64,000 bases of DNA from an uncultured virus (IMG/VR IMGVR_UViG_3300003618_000228). Its lineage: Duplodnaviria; Heunggongvirae; Uroviricota; Caudoviricetes. The DNA lies in IMG/VR virus record IMGVR_UViG_3300003618_000228, one strand, 5' to 3'. Numbering within the stretch: position 1 is the stretch's first letter; the number at the start of each line of letters is the position of its first letter. The position numbers and the translations under genes were made by a program. Below, one piece after another: positions 54,947 to 64,000 of the stretch. The notes under the pieces were generated by a model, which saw only the letters and a program-made list of their open reading frames with translations, had not been told where the DNA came from and ran no database searches.

Positions 54947-55491
54947 TCAATATACTTTTTAAATTCTTCTGGAGTGGATTCAAAGCGCCATAGTGTGACC
55001 CAACTTAAATGTTCTTTTGTCCAACTTTTGTAATAGTTTGTATTTTTTGCGAGTGCTAGTGATGCGGAATTTAAAACATCCAGCCTTGCCACTAGAAACA
55101 AAGCCGCTTTGCCGAAGTTTAGTTCTAAGCCTTCGTGCGTTTCAACGTTGTGTGGGTGATCATCTAATGCTACTAAATTCATAGGCATTAAGTAATCGTT
55201 GATTTCATCTGAAATCTTTGTATACTCCTCTGCGGAGTATCTTTCTGTAGGTGTAATTACTGCTAGAATTTCAACACCTTCGTCTGTCCAAGTATCACCA
55301 AACTCCTTTAACTTGTTAAACAAGTCGTCATAAACAATTTCAACTCTCATTGTATTGTCTCTTAAAGCTGCTTGAGCATATGGACATGCTGGCAAATTGC
55401 CAAACTCTTTGTGCTTCTTGGCTACAAAGTTGTTGATCCAATCGTATAAAGCGTCGATGATTTTATTTTGTTCAATAATGTCATTTGTCAT
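54943..55491 (-). CDS. DUF1415-like protein
   Basis: WINNFV...NLPACPYA...LDDHP motif; strong AGGAGG SD; converges on the transferase gene. Confidence 0.55.
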   Translation of the reverse strand: MTNDIIEQNKIIDALYDWINNFVAKKHKEFGNLPACPYAQAALRDNTMRVEIVYDDLFNKLKEFGDTWTDEGVEILAVITPTERYSAEEYTKISDEINDYLMPMNLVALDDHPHNVETHEGLELNFGKAALFLVARLDVLNSASLALAKNTNYYKSWTKEHLSWVTLWRFESTPEEFKKYID

Positions 55492-55599
55492 TTTTTACCT
55501 CCTATGATCAGAATTATTGTGGGGATTTTACAGCGGGGTTTTACTACGGGTGTAGTATTAATATTTAGTCGTCCGGCACAATAGTAAAGTAAGTATGTT

Positions 55600-55812
55600 T
55601 TAGAAAAAAGGCATACCAGTGTCTTTTGTTGTTTTTAAATTTTCAGTAATAATTTCATTAATTATTTTTCTATCTTTGAAAGAAGTGCCGTAGGCTTCCG
55701 TAATGGTTATACCGCCTCGCATATACCATGTTATTTTTAGAAGTTCTTGTTTTATGGCCCCTACTTCTTTCTCGTAATTGTCAATTAATGCAATTACGTC
55801 TTCATACCCCAT
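55600..55812 (-). CDS. Small hypothetical protein (baseplate hub assembly-associated)
   Basis: WYMRGGIT..EAY...R..I pattern, directly after the gp26-like gene. Confidence 0.65.
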   Translation of the reverse strand: MGYEDVIALIDNYEKEVGAIKQELLKITWYMRGGITITEAYGTSFKDRKIINEIITENLKTTKDTGMPFF

Positions 55813-55823
55813 GGATAGAAGCC

Positions 55824-56669
55824 TTATACGAAAAAACTTGAATAATCAAATAGTAATGGCATATTTGATTCGTGTTCACATTCAGGACATGTTATAACTA
55901 CAGGAGCAAGTGCTGTTTTTTCTCGTATTGTTTCCAATGTAGCAGTAATTTTATTAAACAATTTTATACTAGTGTTATTAACAAAATCTATTATTTCTTC
56001 TTTGTTTACAACAAGTTGTCCGTCTGGTAATTCTATACCATGGATTCCAGAAGTTATAGTACTAATATTAATATCAGTCATATTTTTAAGTATTTTATTA
56101 TATATTTCTTTTACTTCGTCTGGATCCATACCCTCAGAATTAGATGCTAGTTGTATTGCTTGTTGTTCTTCAAAAGCTCTTCGTTGCAATAATGATAATT
56201 CTAAATAAGATAATGGTTTAATATGAACTTTTATTTCTCCATACGTGATAATAGTAAGTTCATTATTGAATGTAATATTGCTTAATTTGTCAATGTATCC
56301 ATCCAAATTTAATCCTACAACATGTTCATGATTGCATTCACCACATGTTTGTTCTATTTCCATTTGGTTACCATATGATGCTATACGTATTGCTATTAAA
56401 ATGTAATCAACATCAGATGCTGGCATTGACCATGCATCTTTGATACTTGGAATACAACTTTGAATAACTTGCGCTACTGCCTCTCCAGATATTAACGCGT
56501 CTGGTGTTTTGATGATAATATCATCCTTTGCTGTCATTGGATATACTGGTACTTCTCCCGTTGCTGGCATCTCCAGCGTGCCTTCTGGATAAAATTGCCC
56601 TCCACTTGGTAATGTGATGTATATCTCTGGTTGCCTATAATATTGTATTAGGACACTATCTGTACTCAT
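55824..56669 (-). CDS. Baseplate hub assembly protein (gp26-like)
   Basis: YRQPEIYITLPSGG...PMTAKDD...DVDYILIAIRIASYG; two CxxC pairs (CGEC, CPEC). Confidence 0.75.
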   Translation of the reverse strand: MSTDSVLIQYYRQPEIYITLPSGGQFYPEGTLEMPATGEVPVYPMTAKDDIIIKTPDALISGEAVAQVIQSCIPSIKDAWSMPASDVDYILIAIRIASYGNQMEIEQTCGECNHEHVVGLNLDGYIDKLSNITFNNELTIITYGEIKVHIKPLSYLELSLLQRRAFEEQQAIQLASNSEGMDPDEVKEIYNKILKNMTDINISTITSGIHGIELPDGQLVVNKEEIIDFVNNTSIKLFNKITATLETIREKTALAPVVITCPECEHESNMPLLFDYSSFFV

Positions 56670-56691
56670 TCGAAACCCTCAAAATTTGATG

Positions 56692-56699
56692 TATAAATA
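56692..56699 (+). promoter_or_regulatory. T4-type late promoter TATAAATA
   Basis: Exact consensus upstream of 56748..59234. TAAATA cores also lie at 59268 and ~60970. Confidence 0.7.
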
Positions 56700-56747
56700 A
56701 TAACATATTACAATATTTACCCAATGTAATTAACTACGTATATTATT

Positions 56748-59234
56748 ATGGCATTAGATCCAGTAGAACAAGCGGCGATAAATCGAATAAACTCTTTATT
56801 TGCGAGTGTCGGTGCGGAAGCAGGCAATGCAGCTAGTAGATTAGGTGACGTAGCACGAGCTGCAAGCGATGCATCTGGTGGCCTTGGTGGATTTGTATCT
56901 TCTCTTGGTAGTGCTAGTTCTGGCGTTACTGGTTCCACTAATAAAATGACAAGTTCAATGAATGCAAGTGCTGGAAGTATTACGACTTCTGCCGGTATTC
57001 TTGCCGACGCATCTCAAAATATTATAGGAAAGATAGCATCTGCCGTATCTGGAGGAACTGCAAATTTTGCTGATGCTGGCGGACTAGCAACAGGTATGAT
57101 GGGTGGCGTCACTAAAGCTTCGGGACTACTGGGTAAGAAATTCGCAGGAATGGCCAAACCTTTAGCTGTAGTTGGTAAAGTCGCTGGTGTTTTAGGTACA
57201 GCCTTGGGCGCGGCCGCCAATTATAATAATGATTTATTACAAAATTGGCGTGGCTTAACTCGAACTGGTATATCATTACAAGGTGCGATGGAAGAAGTTG
57301 GTATAGCACAAGGCAAAGCAAATTTATCATTACACCAACTAAGTAGCCATTTGAGTAGTAATAGTGAAGCATTTGCTGTGTTAGGTGGAACAGCAAGTGG
57401 TGGTGCTGAAGCATTTCTACAACTTCAGTCAACATTACAATCTGTAGACCTTGGTTATGATAAATCCAGTAGATCTTTTAGGGAATCGTTAGAGACATTG
57501 GGTATTACTTCTGATGAAAGTGCTAGTCTTATTACTGATATGCTTGGAAGCCAAATGCTGGCAGCTAAATTTAGGAATCTAGATGAAAAATCCCAGGCTG
57601 AAAGTACTGCTGATTATATTATGAATTTAGATCAGTTATCCAAATTAACTGGTAAAAGTAGAGAACAACTAGCACAAGAGCAAAAACAAATGGCCAATGA
57701 TACTCAATTTCAAGCGGCTATGAATGGAAAATCCGCAGAAGAAATGGCTGCTATGCAAAGTGCAATGCAGAGAATTCAAGAGGTTGGCGGGCCAGCAGCT
57801 GTTGAAGCATTTAAAGCAAGACTAGCAGGCGTTGTTCCTGCAGGTAAAGAAGCACGGATGTTATTGGCAACACCAATGGGTAAAGTTGTTGAAGAAATGG
57901 CTGGAGAAATGGCCGGCGCATCCGGCGCTGATCAAATAGGCGGAATAGCCGACAGTTATACTAATGCGTTGGGTGAAGGTGCTAAACAATCACGTGATAT
58001 GTTATTACCATTGGCTAAAGCAGGCGGATTAGTAGCAGGCGAGTTTAGTTCATTATTTGGTGTAATGAACAAAACTGTAATAAGAAATCAAGGATTAATT
58101 GACCAACAAGAAAAATTGACAGGAACTGTTGTTGATTTAAACATAGCGATGCGAGCAATGTTAGATAGTGTATCTGGCACTAAAAGGGAAGATCCAACAG
58201 ATCTAGATAGTGAGATAGTACAAGTTGGTTCAGATTTAACTAATACAGTTACTGAAGTGACAACATCATTGCAGGAAATTGTTAACTTCGTACAAGTAAA
58301 GTCTGCGGAACTTTCTAGGGATTATGTACCACCTGCACTTAAGGCGGCGATGGGCGCATGGAATGGTGCAATGGCCCTGGGTGAAGAGGTTGGTGAATTT
58401 TTCGGCCAGAGTTGGGACATGCCTAGAAGCGCATATAATCGTGATGTACGGAATGTAGAAGGCGATGCTCCCCCAACCCGGGCCAGAAGAGCCCAGGGCC
58501 CTACTAATGCGGAAGCTCCCCAGTTGGATAATGCCAATCAGGCAACGTTAGACGCTATTGACGCACTCACGGCTCAAAACGCCATCCGTCTTTCCCAGGG
58601 GAATCCCGCGTCTGACAAGGGTAGACTGGGTCAGGCAACCAGAGACGCTATTGCCCCCGCTACAGAACAAACAAATATGCCCGTGGATCGCCTCGCGGAG
58701 ATGCAGAATGCAGTTGGCCAGCAACTAATGAATACACTTAATGCATTATCAGCTGATGAATTAATGAATGCTGACCAACTTCAGAAAATCCAACAACAGT
58801 TTATTGAACGAGAAGTTGCAGCTATTGAGAACTTAGGTTATACGATGACGGACTCACAGACTATTACTTCACAAAAATTTGATGAACTTGTGAAAATATT
58901 TCAGAAAGCACAATATCAACAAATAACTGGTGCTAGTGACGCAGATGTTGACGCAATGCTTTCGACCGCACCTGGCGAGCAAATTGTCGATATTGCTAAA
59001 GTGTTAGGAAAGACAATCGAAGACAATAGAGCGGCGGAAGAATTAGTGAATAGGAAATTATGGGTAGGCACTAGTAATCAAGATTTAGCAACGTTAATTG
59101 CTCAGTCTCAAAAAATATCCGCTGACAGGATTATTGAAGCTATTGAGATGGCAGGCAAAGGTTCTCCTACACCGCGACCATCCAATAACGACATCGCCGG
59201 CAACGAATATGCAAAACAAGAAGGCGTCCGTTAA
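56748..59234 (+). CDS. Tape-measure-like protein
   Basis: 828 aa, Ala/Gly/Met-rich and helical, with LDQLSKLTGKSREQL; located between gp26-like and portal. Confidence 0.65.
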   Translation: MALDPVEQAAINRINSLFASVGAEAGNAASRLGDVARAASDASGGLGGFVSSLGSASSGVTGSTNKMTSSMNASAGSITTSAGILADASQNIIGKIASAVSGGTANFADAGGLATGMMGGVTKASGLLGKKFAGMAKPLAVVGKVAGVLGTALGAAANYNNDLLQNWRGLTRTGISLQGAMEEVGIAQGKANLSLHQLSSHLSSNSEAFAVLGGTASGGAEAFLQLQSTLQSVDLGYDKSSRSFRESLETLGITSDESASLITDMLGSQMLAAKFRNLDEKSQAESTADYIMNLDQLSKLTGKSREQLAQEQKQMANDTQFQAAMNGKSAEEMAAMQSAMQRIQEVGGPAAVEAFKARLAGVVPAGKEARMLLATPMGKVVEEMAGEMAGASGADQIGGIADSYTNALGEGAKQSRDMLLPLAKAGGLVAGEFSSLFGVMNKTVIRNQGLIDQQEKLTGTVVDLNIAMRAMLDSVSGTKREDPTDLDSEIVQVGSDLTNTVTEVTTSLQEIVNFVQVKSAELSRDYVPPALKAAMGAWNGAMALGEEVGEFFGQSWDMPRSAYNRDVRNVEGDAPPTRARRAQGPTNAEAPQLDNANQATLDAIDALTAQNAIRLSQGNPASDKGRLGQATRDAIAPATEQTNMPVDRLAEMQNAVGQQLMNTLNALSADELMNADQLQKIQQQFIEREVAAIENLGYTMTDSQTITSQKFDELVKIFQKAQYQQITGASDADVDAMLSTAPGEQIVDIAKVLGKTIEDNRAAEELVNRKLWVGTSNQDLATLIAQSQKISADRIIEAIEMAGKGSPTPRPSNNDIAGNEYAKQEGVR

Positions 59235-59292
59235 ACCAAATTAAAATAATAATAATATAAAATAGGGTAAATAGTAGTAGAGAGTAATTATA

Positions 59293-60969
59293 ATGACTTG
59301 GAAGAAATATTTTACACAGCCTAGCAATGTCGTTCCATTGCGTAATGGCACACCAGATGTAGGTTTTAAAAACTACAGCTCAATATTACCTGAAGTATAT
59401 TCAGGACATCCTAATCGTATTGAACGTTATGTTCAATATGATGGTATGGATCAAGATAGTGAGGTTAATTCAGCACTAGATATTCTTGCTGAATTTTGTA
59501 CACAAACCAATACGGAATCTGGCATTGCTTTCAAAGTTCATTACCATGAAGATGCTACAGATACTGAAGTAGATCTTTTACAATCACAATTACGACATTG
59601 GTATAACTTACAAGGGTTTGAGCGCAAAATATTTAAATTATTTCGTAATGTATTAAAATATGGCGATCAACTTTTCATTAGAGATCCAGAAACGAAAAAA
59701 TGGCACTTTGTAGATAGTGCTAAAGTAGAAAAGATTGTTGTTGATGAAAGTGCTGGCCGAGAAATTGAACAATATACAATTAGAGATATTGCTGTAAATT
59801 TTGAAACTTTAGCAGTTACTGAAAAAGATACCACAGGTAGTACCATTCCTAACTTAACTAACAGGCAAGGAAGTCCAACAAGTCAAACAATGGCAGATTC
59901 GGCAAAATATAGTTATGGTAAAAAGTCTGTTGCTGTAGATGCAAAGCATATTGTTCATATTAGTATGACAGAAGAAATGGATGGCAGTTGGCCATTTGGT
60001 AATAGTATTTTAGAAAATATTTTTAAAACTTATAAGCAAAAAGAATTGCTTGAAGATGCTATTATTATATACAGGGTACAACGAGCACCAGAGCGCAGAG
60101 TATTTTATATTGATGTAGGTAACATGCCGTCTCATATGGCTATGGGTTTTGTAGAGCGTGTTAAAAACGAAATACATCAACGTAGAATTCCTACTACAAC
60201 TGGCGGTGGTACTAAAATGATGGATTCAACTTATAATCCATTGTCGATAATGGAAGATTACTTTTTCCCACAAACAGGCGAGGGGCGTGGTAGTAAAGTT
60301 GAAACATTACCAGGTGGTGAGAACTTAGGCCAAATTGATGATTTAAAATTCTTTACTAATAAAATGTATCGAGCATTACGTATTCCAAGTAGTTATTTAC
60401 CATCAGGTCCAGATGAAGGTGTAGCAGGTTATACTGATGGTAGAGTTGGTACAGCATTAATACAAGAGTATAGATTTAATGAGTATTGTAAGAGATTGCA
60501 AACTATTATTGCTTCTGTTGTTGATGATGAGTTTAAATTATTCATAAAATCACGTGGTATTAATATTGACAATAGCATTTTTGAAATTAAATTTAATGAG
60601 CCACAAAACTTTGCATCATATAGACAAGCAGAGTTGGATAATACAAAAATTTCAGCATTTGCACAATTAGAGCAATTGCCATACTTGAGCAAACGTTTTA
60701 TGATGGTGCGTTATTTAGGATTAACTGAAGAAGAATTGTTACAGAATACTACAATGTGGCAAGAAGAAACAGGAAATTCACCTAGTGCTAATATTGAAGG
60801 TTCTGATATGAGATCAATTGGTATTACTCCAGGTGGATTAGAAAGTGATATGGGAATGGCAGAAATGCCTGAACTTCCAATGGAAGAAGGTATGGATGGA
60901 ATGGAAGGTGAGGCAGGAATGACGCCCGGCGCACCTGAAGTAGCACCTACAGAACCAACACCAGTTTAA
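59293..60969 (+). CDS. gp20: Portal protein (T4 gp20-like)
   Basis: LLEDAIIIYRVQRAPERRVFYIDVGNMP, MEDYFFPQ..EGRGSKVETLPGGENLGQIDDL.FF..K.YRAL.IPSS. Confidence 0.96.
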   Translation: MTWKKYFTQPSNVVPLRNGTPDVGFKNYSSILPEVYSGHPNRIERYVQYDGMDQDSEVNSALDILAEFCTQTNTESGIAFKVHYHEDATDTEVDLLQSQLRHWYNLQGFERKIFKLFRNVLKYGDQLFIRDPETKKWHFVDSAKVEKIVVDESAGREIEQYTIRDIAVNFETLAVTEKDTTGSTIPNLTNRQGSPTSQTMADSAKYSYGKKSVAVDAKHIVHISMTEEMDGSWPFGNSILENIFKTYKQKELLEDAIIIYRVQRAPERRVFYIDVGNMPSHMAMGFVERVKNEIHQRRIPTTTGGGTKMMDSTYNPLSIMEDYFFPQTGEGRGSKVETLPGGENLGQIDDLKFFTNKMYRALRIPSSYLPSGPDEGVAGYTDGRVGTALIQEYRFNEYCKRLQTIIASVVDDEFKLFIKSRGINIDNSIFEIKFNEPQNFASYRQAELDNTKISAFAQLEQLPYLSKRFMMVRYLGLTEEELLQNTTMWQEETGNSPSANIEGSDMRSIGITPGGLESDMGMAEMPELPMEEGMDGMEGEAGMTPGAPEVAPTEPTPV

Positions 60970-60980
60970 TAAATACTAAT

Positions 60981-61226
60981 ATGCTTTTACTAGAGATTTT
61001 TACAGATATTGACATGAAAGAACCTGACACGGATGATAAGCATTCACGTTATGATCCTTCTGATGATCAAACTGTAATGAAAAAAGATGATACACGAAAA
61101 ACTCGTTTAACATTAAAACAAATTAATAAAATTCGTCGAATGCAAGAATTACGAACATCTGAACAATTAGAAGACGAAAAACAATATGCAATCCAATATG
61201 CCCCAGCACCAGCGGCACCTATGTAA
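60981..61226 (+). CDS. Small hypothetical protein (head module)
   Basis: DTRKTRLTLKQINKIR; lies between the portal and prohead genes. Confidence 0.7.
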   Translation: MLLLEIFTDIDMKEPDTDDKHSRYDPSDDQTVMKKDDTRKTRLTLKQINKIRRMQELRTSEQLEDEKQYAIQYAPAPAAPM

Positions 61227-61343
61227 AATTACCCCTTTTCACTCATTTTACCCCTATAATCAAGTATATTAGCAAATTATAATTAAATATAATTATATAT
61301 TTGTAATTTGTACCTTTATGAAATAAAAAGGAGTGATTTCGCT

Positions 61344-62081
61344 ATGAGTAATAAATTTGAGCAGTTGCTCGATTATATCATCAACGAAGAGCAAGATAAA
61401 GCCAAAGAGCTTTTCCATGAAATTGTTGTGGATAAGTCTCGTGAGATTTATGAAGGCTTGATTGATGAGCAAGATCTTGAAGCTATTGAAGAGGAAATTG
61501 AAGAAGTAGAAGAAGAAATTTCCGATAATGAAGTTGATGATTTTGTTAATGATATTGAGAGCGACGAAGAAGGTATGTCACTAGAAGATGCTGGTGAAGA
61601 CCTTGAAGACGTTATGGACATGGATGCCGATGCCGATGCAGAAGGCGAAGAAGAAATGTCCGATGAAGAAACAGATGAAAGGATTAGTGATCTAGAATCT
61701 GCATTTGATGATTTACAAGCAGAATTTGACAAGTTGATGGCAGAAGTTAGTGGTGAAGAAGGTGTCGAAGGTGAGGAAGAACTTGCACCTGAAGAAGACC
61801 TAGAATTTGAATCAGTTGAAACTGATGAAGAGCCAGTAGAAGAAGCCAAAGACGATGACGATGACAAAGAAGAAGTTACAGAAGACCTAACACCAGCACC
61901 AGCACCAGTAGGTGATAAGAGTGATAGTGGTTCAGGTCCAGTAGCAAGTAAGAACCCAATGGACGCAGGTGGTGCAAACGCATCAAACCTTGGATCTAGT
62001 AGTTCTGAGTCAGGCGCATCAGACCCAGCAGTACAAAAGGGTAAAATGTCACCAAAAGCTGAAGTAAAAAACAAGGCATAA
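61344..62081 (+). CDS. Highly acidic prohead core-like protein
   Basis: Glu/Asp-rich; sits in the T4 gp67/gp68 position. Start refined to MSNKFEQ with an AGGAG SD. Confidence 0.65.
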   Translation: MSNKFEQLLDYIINEEQDKAKELFHEIVVDKSREIYEGLIDEQDLEAIEEEIEEVEEEISDNEVDDFVNDIESDEEGMSLEDAGEDLEDVMDMDADADAEGEEEMSDEETDERISDLESAFDDLQAEFDKLMAEVSGEEGVEGEEELAPEEDLEFESVETDEEPVEEAKDDDDDKEEVTEDLTPAPAPVGDKSDSGSGPVASKNPMDAGGANASNLGSSSSESGASDPAVQKGKMSPKAEVKNKA

Positions 62082-62087
62082 TTTAAG

Positions 62088-62711
62088 ATGACTTATCTAA
62101 AAGAACACTTGACATTTGACCAAGCACGTATGGTAACCGAGACTGATGCAGACGGCAAGGATTTATATATGAAGGGTATTTGTATTCAAGGTGGTGTAAA
62201 GAATGCAAACTCAAGAGTATATCCAGTCAATGAAATACAAGACGCCGTATCAACATTAAATGAACAAATCAATCAAGGCATGTCCGTATTAGGTGAGGTT
62301 GACCATCCAGACGATCTTAAAGTTAATTTAGATCGTGTTTCCCACATGGTTACAGAAATGTGGATGGACGGACCCAATGGCTATGGAAAACTTAAAGTTC
62401 TTCCAACACCAATGGGTAATTTAGTCAAAACAATGCTAGAGTCAGGTGTTAAATTAGGAGTATCCTCCAGGGGTTCCGGAAATGTAAAGGAATCATCCGG
62501 AGATGTTTCAGAATTTGAAATAGTCACGATTGACGTCGTGGCACAACCAAGTGCTCCAGATGCATATCCAACAGCAATTTATGAAGGCCTTCTCAATATG
62601 AGAGGCGGCCATCAATTGTTAGGAGTAGCAGCTGAAGTACGTGAGAATCAACAGGCGCAAAAATATCTCAAAGAAGGGATTTTGCGTCTCATAAAGGACC
62701 TAAAAATTTAG
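62088..62711 (+). CDS. gp21: Prohead protease (T4 gp21-like)
   Basis: GICIQGGVKNANSRVYP, LGEVDHP, GVSSRGSG and DVVAQPSAPDAY. Confidence 0.95.
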   Translation: MTYLKEHLTFDQARMVTETDADGKDLYMKGICIQGGVKNANSRVYPVNEIQDAVSTLNEQINQGMSVLGEVDHPDDLKVNLDRVSHMVTEMWMDGPNGYGKLKVLPTPMGNLVKTMLESGVKLGVSSRGSGNVKESSGDVSEFEIVTIDVVAQPSAPDAYPTAIYEGLLNMRGGHQLLGVAAEVRENQQAQKYLKEGILRLIKDLKI

Positions 62712-62720
62712 GAGAGCATT

Positions 62721-63833
62721 ATGATAGAAGTATTCAAACCACTTATCGACAATAACCTAATCTCAGAAGAAGCAAGAGATGAACTTCAGGAGGCTTGGGA
62801 CACCAAGTTGACAGAAGCTGCTGAGCAAAACAAAGCGGAACTCCGTGAAGAGTTTGCACAGCGTTATGAGCATGATAAGGAAGCAATTGTCGAAGCCCTA
62901 GATACAATGGTTACAGATTCTCTAAAACAAGAAATCCAAGAATTTGTTGAGGATAAGCAAGCAGTAGTTGTTGAGCGAGTTGCATACAAGACAGCAATTG
63001 CAGAGCATGCCGATATGCTTAACACATTCGTAACAAAAAATCTAACAAATGAAATGCAAGAGTTTCGCACAGACAGAGGTTCGCAGACTGAAGCATTTGG
63101 TAAGTTAGAGGATTTCGTAATCAAAGCATTAAGTGAAGAAATTGTCGAATTCAATGAAGACAAACAAGACGTAATTGATACAAAAGTTAAGTTAGTATCT
63201 GAAGCGAAAGCAAGACTAGCAGAACTTAAGAAGACATTTATTGAGCGTGGTGCTAAGATGGTGGAAGAGACTGTCACCAAAACTATTAAGGGTGAGATGT
63301 CACAATTAAAAGAAGATATCCAAAGTGCTCGTGAGAACAACTTTGGACGTCAGCTATTTGAAGCATTTGCCGCCGAATATTCAAATTCATATATGAATGA
63401 GAAGACTGAAGTAGCAAAGCTAATGAAGCAACTTTCCGATAAGGAAAACGAACTTGCGGAAGCAAGTAAAGAAGTAACAGAAAAAGATGCACTTGTAGAA
63501 GCAAGAGAGAGTGAGATCAGAATTATTAATGATCAAGCAAGCAGAAAAGAAGTTCTTTCAGAAATGCTTAACCCATTGGCTAAGGATAAGAAAGAAATTA
63601 TGGAAAGTTTACTTGAATCAGTTCAAACTGATAAACTTAAAGCATCTTTCGACAAGTACCTGCCCGCAGTTATTAATGGCGATGGTAGTGGTATAAAACG
63701 CAAACTAACTGAGTCAGTAAAGAAAGAAGTTACCGGTGATCGTGAAATCAAACAAGAAACTCAACCAGAGAACGATATCACCACTTCTAACATTATTGAT
63801 ATCAAGAAGTTGGCGGGATTAGCAGTTAATTAA
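62721..63833 (+). CDS. gp22: Prohead scaffolding protein (T4 gp22-like)
   Basis: Long coiled-coil acidic protein between protease and capsid; AGGAG SD. Confidence 0.8.
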   Translation: MIEVFKPLIDNNLISEEARDELQEAWDTKLTEAAEQNKAELREEFAQRYEHDKEAIVEALDTMVTDSLKQEIQEFVEDKQAVVVERVAYKTAIAEHADMLNTFVTKNLTNEMQEFRTDRGSQTEAFGKLEDFVIKALSEEIVEFNEDKQDVIDTKVKLVSEAKARLAELKKTFIERGAKMVEETVTKTIKGEMSQLKEDIQSARENNFGRQLFEAFAAEYSNSYMNEKTEVAKLMKQLSDKENELAEASKEVTEKDALVEARESEIRIINDQASRKEVLSEMLNPLAKDKKEIMESLLESVQTDKLKASFDKYLPAVINGDGSGIKRKLTESVKKEVTGDREIKQETQPENDITTSNIIDIKKLAGLAVN

Positions 63834-63855
63834 TTAAAGAGTTTAGGAGACACAA

Positions 63856-64000
63856 ATGTCAGAACTATTAACAGAACGTTGGGAAGAAACCAAAGAAGCC
63901 TTATGTGAAGGCCTTGAAGGTACGCAACGTAGCACAATGGCAGTAACTCTAGAGAATACAAAGCAGTATCTCTCAGAAGCTGCAACAGCAGGCGCGACTG
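63856..64000 (+). CDS. gp23: Major capsid protein (T4 gp23-like), 5' fragment
   Basis: AGGAGA SD, then MSELLTERWEETKEALCEGLEGTQRSTMAVTLENTKQYLSEAATAGAT, open to the window end. The W...L.....V.LEN pattern and the synteny fit gp23. Confidence 0.85.
   Translation, partial: MSELLTERWEETKEALCEGLEGTQRSTMAVTLENTKQYLSEAATAGAT

Noticed and set aside
1..64000. Alternative genetic code (stop-codon reassignment)
   Set aside because: The standard code gives full-length, densely packed genes including a 4,847-aa ORF, and TAA, TAG and TGA all terminate genes at sensible positions.

Overview
This 64 kb window comes from a large AT-rich, T4-like myovirus genome, probably a jumbo phage. No rRNA, tRNA, CRISPR array or IS element was recognised by eye. 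About 21.9-64 kb is virion and replication core. It holds tail-fibre-like genes, a 4,847-aa baseplate/adhesin giant with YHYH and FG-GAP domains, gp6/gp25/gp5/gp53/gp48-like baseplate genes, the gp55 late sigma factor, gp47/gp46 (Mre11/Rad50), a resolvase, gp26, a tape-measure-like gene, portal gp20, protease gp21, scaffold gp22 and the start of major capsid gp23. About 1-21.8 kb is one tightly packed minus-strand accessory block fed by consensus sigma70 promoters. It carries three GT-A glycosyltransferase-like genes, seven N-terminal-twitch radical SAM enzymes with a SufT/MIP18 Fe-S factor, three SGNH-like hydrolases and host-type genes (type II glutamine synthetase, ribosomal protein bL31, purC, purE, YqeY, Smr). 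The best candidates for new biology are: (i) an unannotated, ornate ~380-nt structured RNA with a pseudoknot (53.8-54.2 kb) directly upstream of an aminoacyl-tRNA-protein-transferase-like gene; (ii) the radical SAM/glycosyltransferase/SGNH cluster as a putative glycan-tailoring pathway; and (iii) structured 5' leaders on radical SAM genes. All calls are from motif recognition by eye; no searches were run.
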